From a virus, in the IMG/VR virus record IMGVR_UViG_3300047160_007939, positions 55,515-119,514 of that record: a stretch of DNA of 64,000 nt, one strand, 5' to 3'. Under the pieces are notes generated by a model. The model was given only the letters and a program-made list of their open reading frames with translations. It was not told the DNA's origin and did no database searches. Each line of letters opens with the position of its first letter. Position 1 is the first letter of the stretch. A program made the translations under genes and the position numbers. This document shows, piece by piece, positions 1 to 9,492 of this stretch.

Positions 1-197
1 ATCCAGCCGGCGCATTGTCAGCTTGCCCACCCAGGTTCGTCTCCACGCCCGTCTTACCTGACGGCCCCGCATTGCTATCCACACCCGCACTATTCGTGGC
101 TTCGCCGGCTGGCCGGCTTTCCAGCTCGGCCAGCTCGCGCAGGAGCCTCGGGATCTGCTCACACTGCTCGCACCAGTGTTCGGGGTCGCCGTGCTAA

Positions 198-542
198 TTA
201 ACTTTCGCTTCCGGCATCCAGACACCTCTCGATCTGGCTGATCAGCCATACAGCCATCTCCGGCGTCAGCTCGGTCATACAGCGGCCAGGGCTGGGTTCG
301 ATCTTCATATTCTCCGGCCCGTCATACCAGAAGGTCTTCTTCGGCCAGAAGCTGAAGGCCAGCTTCACCTCGCCGGGCTTGTCGCTCGGCCACACCTCAA
401 GCAGCATCCCATCATTGGTGATGAACTGAAGGCCCCGCCGGTCCAGCGGCTTATACCGGCGTGCCTCGGGGATCGTCCCCTCCTCCGGCGATCCGCCCAC
501 CTCCGCCATTGCCATTCTTCCCTTTCCACGCGCCAATGCCAA
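198..542 (-). CDS. hypothetical protein
   Basis: ORF co-oriented with the minus-strand operon; protein-like composition; start uncertain. Confidence 0.5.
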   Translation of the reverse strand: MALARGKGRMAMAEVGGSPEEGTIPEARRYKPLDRRGLQFITNDGMLLEVWPSDKPGEVKLAFSFWPKKTFWYDGPENMKIEPSPGRCMTELTPEMAVWLISQIERCLDAGSES

Positions 543-687
543 GCGCGGCCAAGCCAGCCGGCACAGTCACGCTTGCCTGTCCTTCGAGGAACATCCGGGC
601 GCGGTCACTCAAGCTCTTCCTCGTTGAACACCAGAAGAGCACGATGCCCACCACGATGATCACAATCCCAGGCAGATAGGCTTTCAC
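451..687 (-). CDS. small membrane protein with two hydrophobic segments (holin-like topology)
   Basis: GTG start after GAGGGG; hydrophobic stretches LPGIVIIVVGIVLFW and VTVPAGLAALGIGAW. Confidence 0.45.
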   Translation of the reverse strand: MKAYLPGIVIIVVGIVLFWCSTRKSLSDRARMFLEGQASVTVPAGLAALGIGAWKGKNGNGGGGRIAGGGDDPRGTPV

Positions 688-719
688 CGCGTTCCCCTCC
701 CAGGAAGAACGTCGGCTTA

Positions 720-1421
720 TCAAGCGTCGAGCACCGCGTCTATCGCGGCCAGCAGGTCATCGTAGCGGCCCGCCGAAGCCAGTCGGCTGCCGTCCGCGAA
801 GTCGTAGACAAAGGTATCCCGATTGGCTTCCCGCAGCGCGCCGCGCGCTGCCGTCAGGTGCTCGCGCAGAACGTCGTGGCTGGGCCAGCGGGTTGAGAGC
901 GTCGGCCCGCTCCCCCACGGGATGCGCTCACCGGGCGGCACGAGGTCGAAGCTCTGGCTCTCCACCACACACTCGAAGCTGCCGTTATGCCAGCCACGGG
1001 TCTGACGGTTCACCACGATCAGGTCTTCGGGCATCGCCGACGCCACCTCGCAGCCCGTCTCCGGCCCACGTAGAGATACCTGGAACCCGGTTCGCGCGTG
1101 TAGGAACAGCTCGGGACTGAAGGCCACGATCCGCCACGGCTGCGGGTAGTTGGTCCAGTTGTGGGTCCAGTAAAGCGCGCCCGCTTCCATCCCATCCGGC
1201 AGCGGCCTACTGCCGAGATTGATCGGCTCTTCCCACGTCTTTCGCAGGGCAAGCCGGAACTCTTCGAGCTGCTCGGGTGTCCACGTTGCGCTTTTCAGCG
1301 TCAACACGCCCAGCGGCGGCACAGCCGGCCTGCCGGCCCGATGGATGCCGAGATAGGCCAGGGGCGCTGTCAGCACGCCCAGAATGGCTCCCAGCACACT
1401 TCTACGGTTGGTCTGTTCCAT
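720..1421 (-). CDS. hypothetical protein with twin-arginine-like signal/anchor
   Basis: N-terminus MEQTNRRSVLGAILGVLTAPLAYLG (RR followed by hydrophobic helix); starts just downstream of array 1. Confidence 0.55.
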   Translation of the reverse strand: MEQTNRRSVLGAILGVLTAPLAYLGIHRAGRPAVPPLGVLTLKSATWTPEQLEEFRLALRKTWEEPINLGSRPLPDGMEAGALYWTHNWTNYPQPWRIVAFSPELFLHARTGFQVSLRGPETGCEVASAMPEDLIVVNRQTRGWHNGSFECVVESQSFDLVPPGERIPWGSGPTLSTRWPSHDVLREHLTAARGALREANRDTFVYDFADGSRLASAGRYDDLLAAIDAVLDA

Positions 1422-1434
1422 CGCTCTATACTCT

Positions 1435-1844
1435 CGGTTCTCTCGCGCGAAACGGCTCACTCCTACTCGTCGGTTCTCTTGACGATTGCGGCTCCGCTCC
1501 TACGGCTCGGTTCACTCCCAATGGACGGCTCGCTCCCAATGGACGGCTCGCTCCCAATGGACGGCTCTCTCCAGTACCTCGGCTCGCTCACGCGGCCCGG
1601 TTCTCTCTCTCCGCAGACGGCTCGCTCTCGATCTTCGGTTCTCTAGTACGGGTCGGCTCGCTGCGCTCATTCGGTTCTCACGCGCCATTCGGCTCCGCTA
1701 GGCTCTCTCGGTTCTCTCACCCCCACTGGCTCGCGCATAAGGTGCGGTTCTCTCCACCGACACCGGCTTGCTCACGACGTTCGGTTCCCTCCACTTCAGC
1801 GGCTCGCTTCTTCCACGCGGTTCACTCTTTAGCAACGGCTCACA
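1435..1844 (-). repeat. TIGR-like dual-repeat guide array 1 (23 repeats)
   Basis: + strand repeats CGGTTCTCT/CGGCTCGCT start at 1435,1453,1471,1489,1508,1526,1544,1562,1580,1598,1618,1636,1654,1672,1690,1709,1727,1745,1764,1782,1800,1818,1836, with ~9-nt variable spacers (18-nt period, 36-nt unit). Confidence 0.9.
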
Positions 1845-4800
1845 GGATGACACCCCCACGGCCACGGAGCTTGCCGATCTTACCGAGTGTATCACCCACT
1901 ACACTATACTCCGGTCGCGGGTCGTTCTCGTGATCCTTCCCCGTCATCTCCCTGCCGGCGAGGAACATCTGGTGATCGGCACGGTCGGTCCCCAGGTAGC
2001 TGATGTCCCCCACGTTGGCGTAGTAGGTCGCCGAGAGCTGCCACGCGATCATCTCGGCATCGCAGAGGTCTTTGGCTCCCTTTCCCCCATAGGCTGATGT
2101 AGCAGGGTGGTCGATCTTCCGGTTGTTGATGAGCTGCACCTCGCGGAGCTGGTTCCTGGCCCGCTCGTGCTGGGGGTAGCCCGGCTTTGCGGGGAGCAGC
2201 CAGAGCAGGTTGTTGTTCAGCAGCGTCTTACCGTTCCGGTACATCCCGAGCTGCTCCGGATTGGACATGTCTTTGGCATCGCAGGGGATGCCCCACGATC
2301 GTACTTCCTGGATGATGCTCTCCGCCTGCCAGCGGTCGAACTTCATACCACCGACACTGGCCCCGCCTGCTTGAACGACATCCACGAGCTGGCGGAGCAC
2401 ATCTCGCACGTTGCCGAAGTCCACGGCCAACCGGTTCCGTTTGTCGGGCTTCCACTCCAGGAGTAGATCCTCAACAACGACCGCACGTCGCTGCTCTTCA
2501 ATGATGTCGTTGCCGAGGAGGTCTTTCGCGTAGACGGGCGTTCCGTCGTCTTCGAGGCGTAGAACCTTCGGGGCGGCGATCTTCTGGCCCGTCTCTTCAG
2601 CCAGCCCCCAGAACTGGTCCTCATTCGCATTCGGAACTCTCCCGCAGTGGTCACAGCGCCACATCGACGGCTCCCACGGCTTCTTCCTGAAGAGCGGCTG
2701 CTTCTTCGGGTCACTGCTTCGCGGGATCTTCCTGGGCCGGTAATGCTTCGCGTAGCGGCGCTGCCGGATCAGCCAGCACGCCGGGCAGCACTTCCCACCC
2801 TCTTCGCTGGGGACGATGTGCGAGATACAAAGGGCGAAGCTGTCCTGCTCCAGCCCCGCGTCCCCACCCACGAAGTAGATGATGCCCGGCCTGATACGCC
2901 AGTCCGAGAGAAGGAGCGCCACGTAGCGGTGCGTCTGCTGGTCCGAGGTGAGGTGCTCGGTAACCGTGTTCTCCACCTGCGCCATCGGCTCGATCATCGC
3001 CCGCCTGCCGGCTGTCGCCGCTTCCTCGATCTTCTCCGGCTGGGAGATGAACGCGCCCTCGGCTGCCGGCGGGTTCGTCTCGTAGACTGCTTCGTAGAGG
3101 TCCGGGTCGTCGCGCTTCACCTGCGCCATCACCGGATCGGCTGCGTGCCACTCGCCGAGATAGTAGACCTTCTGCCAGTCGCGCCAGGGAATGACGATGC
3201 GCGTCGGAGCACGGTCGCCCCACCACTCGGGCGTGGCCCCGCCGAGGTTCTCACACTGCCGCAAGCCTCCCAGGATGAAGCCGTTCAGGGCGCGCGGCCA
3301 GGAAATGACGAAGCCCCACTGGAACGCGCCGAAGCGGTTACTGGTACGGAGCGTGTTGAAGCACGCCGTTGCCGCATCGTGGCCTTCGGCATCGCGGAGC
3401 GCATCCGCTTCATCCAGCACCCAGCCGAGGGTGTTCTTGCCTTCCGCGCTCTCGTTCTTCGAGTTCAGCGAGTGGACGCGCACGCAGGGAACCCGGTAGT
3501 CGTAGCCGGGCATCAGCTTCCAGAACTGCGTGACGTTGGCCTGGATGTCGCCTCGCGGCCCACGGTCGATCAAACCATCGAAGCAGGGCTTGCCGATGTG
3601 CCGAACGAAGCGGTCGTAGAAGTTGGACTTCGCGGCCCGAGCGTCCTGGGCCATGTTGATGAAGTCGAAGTAGTCGCCGTTGGCGTGCCGGAAGTGGACC
3701 CACGGATTGACCATCTGCTGGATCACCCACGCCGCATAAGCGTAGATCCAGGATACGAGGGTGTCTTTGCCCGAGTTGGCGTGTAACGTGCCCCCGGCAT
3801 CGAAGTAACAGTGTGTCCCACCCACGGTGAGGCTGTAGAAGTCCGCTACCCTGGTTGGCTCGATGGCGGTTATCTTGCTATACTTGGTGTATGCCAGTCC
3901 CACTAGACCACGAACTTCGCGCCCGTATCGTCGCCCTCTATGCCGAGGGGAAAAGCTCCCCCGAGATAGGCCGCATCGTAGGCAAGCACGCAGAGACGGT
4001 GCGCTATCACCTCCGAGGAGCCGGCGTGCGCGTCCGCACGAAGTCGGAAGCGAAGCTTCTGCTCGGACCCCGCCCACTGCCAACCCCCGTTGAAGTGATC
4101 GTCCAGGCTTACGAAGAGGGCTGGCCGCTAACCGCGCTATCCGCCGCGTTCGGCATCGCCGAAGAGACACTACGCCGACATCTCCATCGAGCCGAACTAA
4201 AGATGCGAGCGCGGGGCCATGTTCCGGGCCGCTACGCGCCGCAGATCGAAGAGGCAGGCGACTACGTGTCTGTGACGCGCCGCGATCACCCTCTTGCGGA
4301 CGCAAATGGACAGGTGATGGCACATCGGCTGGTAATGGAAGCGCACCTGGGGCGCTTCCTGACGGCTGAAGAGGTCGTCCACCACGAGAACGGCATCCGA
4401 GACGACAACCGGATCGAGAACTTACGCCTCTTCCCCAGCGACCGAGAACACGCTCTTCATCACTGGCAAGAGTGGAAGACGCGACAACTATCTCGTCCCC
4501 CACTTCCAGATCCACCAGCTTCTGCCAGCCAGCCGGCGAAAGAAAGCGATGCTCTCCCGTCACCTCGCTCTCCCGGCCATCCGCCAGCGTAACGCGATAG
4601 AGCTGGGCCGTGCCCTTCCGATAAACGGGTGACGCCTGCCGGTAAACGACGCGCTCCCCATCCCACGACCGCACCAGAAGCGGCGTGCCCAACTGCGCCC
4701 ACTCCCCCATCGTGCGCGTAATTCCCGTGACCGCCGTGCTATAATCAGTCAGAAGACTTGTCTTTGATGTGCAACCTTTGCCCCAGCACAGCCACGCCAC

Positions 4801-5103
4801 GTTGACGTGCCTCGGCCTGACGTACCAATCCGAGGCGTGCAGGCCGATGGACTGCTCTAGCGCCCACTCTTGCCGGGGGGTAAGCGGCGGATCGCCGAGG
4901 TACTGCGGGGAGGTGACGAACTCCGGCAAGCTGGGAATGTGCATCCCCACCGGCCACGGCCACTGCCGGAATGCCTTTCTCAGCATCTGCCGGCCAGCCG
5001 GCAGCGATGCCTCGCGGATGACGCTTGAGAGCGCGCCGCGCCGGATCGCCTCTTCTTTCATCTGCCGGCGCAGGTCTTCGAGCTGCGCTTCCGAGACGGG
5101 CAT
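1840..5103 (-). CDS. terL: terminase large subunit, interrupted by an intein
   Basis: Walker A GKG|SGKDT split by the intein, Walker B WVLDEAD, C-terminal RNase H-like nuclease motifs (FVGGDAG, KFDRWQ, KDLCDA). Confidence 0.85.
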   Translation of the reverse strand: MPVSEAQLEDLRRQMKEEAIRRGALSSVIREASLPAGRQMLRKAFRQWPWPVGMHIPSLPEFVTSPQYLGDPPLTPRQEWALEQSIGLHASDWYVRPRHVNVAWLCWGKGCTSKTSLLTDYSTAVTGITRTMGEWAQLGTPLLVRSWDGERVVYRQASPVYRKGTAQLYRVTLADGRESEVTGEHRFLSPAGWQKLVDLEVGDEIVVASSTLASDEERVLGRWGRGVSSRSGCRLGCRSRGGRPLQPSGSAPGALPLPADVPSPVHLRPQEGDRGASQTRSRLPLRSAARSGPEHGPALASLVRLDGDVGVVSLRRCRTRRIARLAASPLRKPGRSLQRGLAVGGVRAEASLPTSCGRARRLLGGDSAPSLRACLRCGLSRGSFSPRHRGRRYGREVRGLVGLAYTKYSKITAIEPTRVADFYSLTVGGTHCYFDAGGTLHANSGKDTLVSWIYAYAAWVIQQMVNPWVHFRHANGDYFDFINMAQDARAAKSNFYDRFVRHIGKPCFDGLIDRGPRGDIQANVTQFWKLMPGYDYRVPCVRVHSLNSKNESAEGKNTLGWVLDEADALRDAEGHDAATACFNTLRTSNRFGAFQWGFVISWPRALNGFILGGLRQCENLGGATPEWWGDRAPTRIVIPWRDWQKVYYLGEWHAADPVMAQVKRDDPDLYEAVYETNPPAAEGAFISQPEKIEEAATAGRRAMIEPMAQVENTVTEHLTSDQQTHRYVALLLSDWRIRPGIIYFVGGDAGLEQDSFALCISHIVPSEEGGKCCPACWLIRQRRYAKHYRPRKIPRSSDPKKQPLFRKKPWEPSMWRCDHCGRVPNANEDQFWGLAEETGQKIAAPKVLRLEDDGTPVYAKDLLGNDIIEEQRRAVVVEDLLLEWKPDKRNRLAVDFGNVRDVLRQLVDVVQAGGASVGGMKFDRWQAESIIQEVRSWGIPCDAKDMSNPEQLGMYRNGKTLLNNNLLWLLPAKPGYPQHERARNQLREVQLINNRKIDHPATSAYGGKGAKDLCDAEMIAWQLSATYYANVGDISYLGTDRADHQMFLAGREMTGKDHENDPRPEYSVVGDTLGKIGKLRGRGGVIL
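3876..3884 (+). promoter_or_regulatory. extended -10 promoter (TGcTATACT) for a leaderless antisense HNH mRNA
   Basis: TG-n-TATACT at 3876-3884, ATG at 3891, no Shine-Dalgarno; the same TGcTATACT occurs in the promoter at 31528-31536. Confidence 0.6.
3891..4592 (+). CDS. HNH homing endonuclease with two N-terminal HTH domains, antisense inside the intein
   Basis: HTH-like [19 protein letters not shown] and [19 protein letters not shown]; HNH motif [35 protein letters not shown]. Confidence 0.85.
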   Translation: MPVPLDHELRARIVALYAEGKSSPEIGRIVGKHAETVRYHLRGAGVRVRTKSEAKLLLGPRPLPTPVEVIVQAYEEGWPLTALSAAFGIAEETLRRHLHRAELKMRARGHVPGRYAPQIEEAGDYVSVTRRDHPLADANGQVMAHRLVMEAHLGRFLTAEEVVHHENGIRDDNRIENLRLFPSDREHALHHWQEWKTRQLSRPPLPDPPASASQPAKESDALPSPRSPGHPPA

Positions 5104-5260
5104 TCCTCACTCCGGGAGATTGGTTCCGGTAGCGTGTTCACTACCGGAACCGGCTTCTCCTACCTGCCAGCCGGCTGGCCGGCCTGCTGCATCGCCCAGA
5201 CGAAGAGGGCAAGCCCCCACGCCCAGACTACGAAGCAGCCCAGCACGACGTAGAACGCCT

Positions 5261-6700
5261 TCACGACGCTCCCACCGGCCCGTTGCGGTATCCCGCGCTG
5301 ATGTCAGAGAGCATCGCCCTGATCGTCTCGGTGTCGTCCGCGAACCGCTGGCGCTGTCTTTCGGCTTCGGCTTCCAGCTCTCCGATGCGCGCCTTCAGCC
5401 GGTCGTTCTCCGCCGCTATCTCTTTGGACGCCTCGTTGACCGCCTCAAGCGCGCCCCAGAGACGCACGCGCGGGTCCATCCCACCGATGAGCAGCAGCTC
5501 TCCGTGGCCGTTCCCTTCGTCCAACACGACGACGGACGTGTTGGCTTCCTCATCGTCGTGCCACTCCTCGGCTCGCTCTTCCTCCGGCTCTGTCTCATCC
5601 CAACCTGTGTTGGCAGGCGCGAAGACATCGCTCACGTCTACCGCTGCCAGTTCTTCCTCGGTCGGCGGCTCGAACTGGCGCTCGCTGTCAACGGTTCTCT
5701 CGATAGTAGCGGCTTGCTCGTGGATGTCGGTTCTCTCATCGTGGTCGGCTCGCTCGTCGGGGTCGGTTCTCTCCGGTCGGACGGCTCGCTCTTGCGGCTC
5801 GGTTCTCTCCACTGCACCGGCTCGCTCATCTGATACGGTTCCCTCGTCTACGACGGCTCCCAGAGCCTGCTGTGCCAGTTGGGTGGACAGGTCAGGGAGC
5901 GGGGCAAGCCCACACATCACCAGCGGATCGACGTTGAGTGCCGCCGACACCTGCTTCAACCGCTTCTGGCCGCAGCCGGTGTAGCGGCCATTCTCCCAAC
6001 AGTCGAGGCTGGCTTTGTTGATGCCGCTGATGTCGGCCAACCCCCAACGGGTCAGGCCGGCTCGCTCTCGCAGCTCGCGGAGCACGTCGCCGTCAACGTG
6101 CTCCAGGTCCTTCGGGGGTCCACGGTGGGCTGCCGGCTTGCTGGCCGGCTCGGGCAACACGGCGGCTGCGCCGTTCGGCTGGGGAGGCGCGGCATCCACC
6201 TCCTGAAGATACTCCACGTTGGTCTTCAGCACGCTCGCCAGCTTCGCCCACCGGTCGGGCATCGGGGTATACAGCCCCTTCTCCCAACAGCGGATGACTT
6301 CCGGCGAGACGCTCATCCGGCTCGCCACCTCACGCCGCTCCATCCCGGCATCCTTCCTCGCCTGGATGATCCGGTCAGGGTTCAGCGGCGGCACAGGCGA
6401 AGGGTCTTCCGTCGCACCCGTGCAGTAGTCCACGGACACGTCCAGGAGCTTGGCGACCTTCACCAGCATCCCGGTACGCATACTCCGCTCGTGCGTCTCC
6501 CATCGCTCAACCTGGGTCGCCATCCCGCTACTGTGGCCCAGCCTGCCGGCAAGCTGGGCGCGGGACCATCCCTTCTTCTGCCGGGCGTTGGTCATCCGCT
6601 CCGGCAGCGTTCGCAGTGTCGTCAGCAGCTCGGCGCGCGTGCCCGCCTGGGAAGGCGTGGGCGCGGGCCGGCCTGCGGCCTGGCCTGCGGCCTGGGTCAT
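5261..6700 (-). CDS. multi-domain XRE-family HTH regulator (three HTH domains, repeat linker, coiled coil)
   Basis: Three Cro/C1-type segments (ARQKKGWSRAQLA..WETHER, ARKDAGMERREVA..WEKG, LRERAGLTRWGLA..WENG); RBS AAAGGAG. Confidence 0.8.
   Translation of the reverse strand: MTQAAGQAAGRPAPTPSQAGTRAELLTTLRTLPERMTNARQKKGWSRAQLAGRLGHSSGMATQVERWETHERSMRTGMLVKVAKLLDVSVDYCTGATEDPSPVPPLNPDRIIQARKDAGMERREVASRMSVSPEVIRCWEKGLYTPMPDRWAKLASVLKTNVEYLQEVDAAPPQPNGAAAVLPEPASKPAAHRGPPKDLEHVDGDVLRELRERAGLTRWGLADISGINKASLDCWENGRYTGCGQKRLKQVSAALNVDPLVMCGLAPLPDLSTQLAQQALGAVVDEGTVSDERAGAVERTEPQERAVRPERTDPDERADHDERTDIHEQAATIERTVDSERQFEPPTEEELAAVDVSDVFAPANTGWDETEPEEERAEEWHDDEEANTSVVVLDEGNGHGELLLIGGMDPRVRLWGALEAVNEASKEIAAENDRLKARIGELEAEAERQRQRFADDTETIRAMLSDISAGYRNGPVGAS
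5692..5862 (-). repeat. TIGR-like array 2 (10 repeats), in frame inside the HTH regulator gene
   Basis: Repeats at 5692,5710,5728,5746,5764,5782,5800,5818,5836,5854 with exact 18-nt spacing and strict A/B alternation. Confidence 0.88.
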
Positions 6701-6763
6701 CGGGAAAGTCTCCTTTCTGTTCCCGAGTGGCGGGGCGCTAGTGCCCCTGGCACAATTATAACG

Positions 6764-7018
6764 TCAACGAGCCTGCGTTACAACGCTATCATTGTGCCTT
6801 TTGGCTCTCTGCCGCTCAACAGACGGCAGAAGAACACCGGACTTCCGGCAGCGCCGGAAGTAAGCCTCACGGCACGGATGCGAGCAGTACAGCCCACGCC
6901 CAACAGTAGAGAACTGCCTGCCACACTCCAGACAGATCCGGTTCTTCAGCCTTCTCCTGGCTGCCAGCTCGCGGCCCTGCTCGGGCGTGCGGACAATGTG
7001 CGGGTTCGACTTTCTCAT
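6764..7018 (-). CDS. small zinc-finger protein
   Basis: CLECGRQF..YCSHPCR motif. Confidence 0.55.
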   Translation of the reverse strand: MRKSNPHIVRTPEQGRELAARRRLKNRICLECGRQFSTVGRGLYCSHPCREAYFRRCRKSGVLLPSVERQRAKRHNDSVVTQAR

Positions 7019-7053
7019 AACGCTATCATTGTCACTTGCGACACTGCCGGCTG

Positions 7054-7542
7054 TCAAGCAGCCTGCCGTCCACCACGCTTCTTCTCGAAGATCCGCGCCC
7101 ACCGCTCGTCCTTCGCGCCCTCAATACAGGCTTGCCGGTCTTTGCAGTACTTCACGTTGTAGCTGGCACAGCCCACCGGCAAGCCCATCGTGTGACTGAT
7201 GTCGTGCGCGTGAACGCCGATCCGACTGTCGGGCCGCTCCTCTTTGCACACGTCGCACACCCAGGTTACGTTCGCCCACCAGTCTACGTGCCCCGTCACC
7301 TCTGCCTCCGGCTTCTTCTCTCGTCTACCCTGGTAGCGCGTGTAGATGCACGGCTTCACGTAGGGCGGCAGCGCCGGCTTCGTCTTCTCCAGCTCGCCAC
7401 GAAGCACCCGCCGCATCCGACTGCAAAAGGCACAGTCGCAATCCCACGCCGTTTCCCAATACCCCAGCCGCGCACATCGAAGCGTCTTGAGCGCCTCCTG
7501 GAAGTGAAACTCCAGCGTATCCGCTTCCGGCTCTCTTCTCAC
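7054..7542 (-). CDS. hypothetical Cys-rich protein
   Basis: CDCAFC and CDVC motifs; overlaps the upstream stop. Confidence 0.5.
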   Translation of the reverse strand: MRREPEADTLEFHFQEALKTLRCARLGYWETAWDCDCAFCSRMRRVLRGELEKTKPALPPYVKPCIYTRYQGRREKKPEAEVTGHVDWWANVTWVCDVCKEERPDSRIGVHAHDISHTMGLPVGCASYNVKYCKDRQACIEGAKDERWARIFEKKRGGRQAA

Positions 7543-8162
7543 CAGTCATCGTCGCCTCTCCCCTTCGTCCGTTCCGTGGCGACTTCCTGAACCTTCTCAT
7601 CCACGTTATCACTCGGCCTTTCGGCGTCTTCATCTTCTTCGCCGGCCTGCCGGCTTATCTCCATCGACTGCCGCTTCAGCACTTCCGCCAGAGCGATGCC
7701 TTCTTCGATCCGCAGGTCAATCTGCACGTCTGCGTCATCATCCGGCGGCATCCCCGCCGCCCAGCGTGCCCCTGCATCGATCCCCACGAAGAGCACCGTG
7801 CTCCGCTCGTTCCCGCGACCGCTCTCGATGGCTTCCTTCGTGAGCACCTGCATCGCTCTCCGCAGTATCTCCACCTCTTCGGGCGTCCTGCTCGTGTCGA
7901 GCCTCGGTACGAGGACCTCTCCGGCGTCACACCCTGCTGCGTTCGCTGCCTGGGCCATCTGGACGGCCTGCTGCGCGTGCGCGTCTTCTTTGTCCTGCGG
8001 CGGCAGATGCAGCGCCCACTCCAGGGCACAGCGCATCGCTCTCACGATTGCCACCGCTTCCCGCTTCACACCGCTGCCGTCTTCGTTCCGGTGCTCCATC
8101 TGCCGAGCCAGCATCGACCCCAGACCCTCATACGCCTGGATTATCTCGACCTCATCCCTCAT
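7539..8162 (-). CDS. hypothetical protein
   Basis: RBS AAAGGAGAAC; coupled to neighbours. Confidence 0.6.
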   Translation of the reverse strand: MRDEVEIIQAYEGLGSMLARQMEHRNEDGSGVKREAVAIVRAMRCALEWALHLPPQDKEDAHAQQAVQMAQAANAAGCDAGEVLVPRLDTSRTPEEVEILRRAMQVLTKEAIESGRGNERSTVLFVGIDAGARWAAGMPPDDDADVQIDLRIEEGIALAEVLKRQSMEISRQAGEEDEDAERPSDNVDEKVQEVATERTKGRGDDDW

Positions 8163-8934
8163 CCCCGTCGTTCTCCTTTCCTTCGTCGTCCGTCTCCACT
8201 ACGGCCTGCGCTTCGATGACCTCGGGTGGGCCATTCCTCGCGGCAAGCCGCTTCTCTTCCAGCTCGACTTCCCCGAGGAACTGCTTCAGGAAGCCGTCAA
8301 TCGCCCTGTCCAGCAGCTCTTCCCCGATCACCTCTGCCGGCGCGGTGTCCGGGTTCAGCGTACCGATGCTTGGTCCCGCCGCCAGCCCTGCCACGGCTCC
8401 CGTCTGTACCAGCACCGTCTGCTGCATCGGCATCGCTGCCGGCTGGCCGGCTCCGACCTTCGGCGGGACCACCGGCCAGCCTACCAGCGGTGCGATGATC
8501 GTGGTGAACTCCTTCAACATCGCTATCCCACGCTCAAGATCCGAGAGCGTCAGCTTCGCGTTCTCGTCTCCCCACTCCCGCCGGAACAATCCGAAGAGCC
8601 TCTCCTGCACGTCGCGGGCCATCACCACGCTGTCCGCGACCAGCAGCTCCCGCTCCACCGCAGCTTTTCTGCCCCGCTCTTCCGTCTCCTTCACGTCGGC
8701 ATCGACGGCCTTCTGCTGCATCCAGGCATCGTAAGCCGCCGCTCTCGCCGACCAGTCGTTGTGGCTCTGCCACTCGTAGAGCGAGCTTTTCGCGTTCTTG
8801 CTCCACTTTTCCGCCACTTTTGCTATGCTTCGCCTCGGTCCTAACTCCAGGTAACGCCGGAAGGCTTCGTAGGCTCTCTGGCTCTCGTGGCTTTGTTTCT
8901 CCCACGCCGCTGGGATGTCGGATGCTTCGCTCAT
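8152..8934 (-). CDS. terminase small subunit-like HTH protein
   Basis: N-terminal WEKQSHESQRAYEAFRRYLELGPRRSIAKVA..W..RAAAYD pattern typical of phage TerS-like proteins; upstream of terL. Confidence 0.6.
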   Translation of the reverse strand: MSEASDIPAAWEKQSHESQRAYEAFRRYLELGPRRSIAKVAEKWSKNAKSSLYEWQSHNDWSARAAAYDAWMQQKAVDADVKETEERGRKAAVERELLVADSVVMARDVQERLFGLFRREWGDENAKLTLSDLERGIAMLKEFTTIIAPLVGWPVVPPKVGAGQPAAMPMQQTVLVQTGAVAGLAAGPSIGTLNPDTAPAEVIGEELLDRAIDGFLKQFLGEVELEEKRLAARNGPPEVIEAQAVVETDDEGKENDGDEG

Positions 8935-8940
8935 AGGGTT

Positions 8941-9149
8941 CGGTTCCCTCGTACTTCCCGGCTTCGCTCGTCCGCTACGGTTCTCTAGCCCGCTATCGGC
9001 TCACTGCTCTGGCCCGGTTCTCTCGCGCTTCACGGCTCGCTCTTATTCTTCGGTTCTCGCAGCAACTTCGGCTCGCTCCCACGTTTCGGTTCTCTCGCGG
9101 AAGGTGGCTCGCTCCCGCTGCCCGGTTCTCTCTTCAGCGCCGGCTTCCT
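8941..9149 (-). repeat. TIGR-like array 3 (12 repeats)
   Basis: Repeats at 8941,8959,8978,8997,9015,9033,9051,9069,9087,9105,9123,9141; intergenic. Confidence 0.9.
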
Positions 9150-9492
9150 ATCGCCTGTTAAGTAAGCCCGATACCAGCACCCGCGCTGTCCACTCCTCTC
9201 CCATCACGAAGGAAAGCGCCTTCTCGAAGAGCGCGAGGTGCTGGCCTTCATCCACGATGGCAAAGAGGTGCGCGCTCTCCTCGTCAGGAAAGCGCAGGTA
9301 GAGACGCTTGTCCTTTACCCGCTCGGGTTTCACGTCGTACTTCGTCAGGATGTTGACCGCCGCCTGCCCACCCAGCCGCCGCAGCACTTCCAGCACGCGC
9401 CGGCCACTCGCCTGGATGCGCTGGATGTCTTCCGCGTCCCCCACCGGCTGATCCTCAACCGGCGTGAGAGTGATGCCGACCAGCCGGCTCAT
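9148..9492 (-). CDS. hypothetical protein
   Basis: ORF in operon; stop codon abuts array 3. Confidence 0.55.
   Translation of the reverse strand: MSRLVGITLTPVEDQPVGDAEDIQRIQASGRRVLEVLRRLGGQAAVNILTKYDVKPERVKDKRLYLRFPDEESAHLFAIVDEGQHLALFEKALSFVMGEEWTARVLVSGLLNRR

Larger units (their letters stand above)
3775..4773 (-). mobile_element. intein (333 aa) in the terminase Walker A motif
   Basis: Starts with Cys (CTSKTSLL), block B VTGEHRF, C-terminal [22 protein letters not shown] followed by Ser+1; removal restores GKGSGKD. Confidence 0.88.

Noticed and set aside
1161-1933. ORFs spanning array 1 (1161-1646, 1277-1933, 1698-1895), and similar ORFs at 8915-9301 and 12654-13511
   Set aside because: Translations are artefacts of the 18-nt periodicity (GSL/ARS/REP repeats), lack an RBS and are mostly antisense to the operon.
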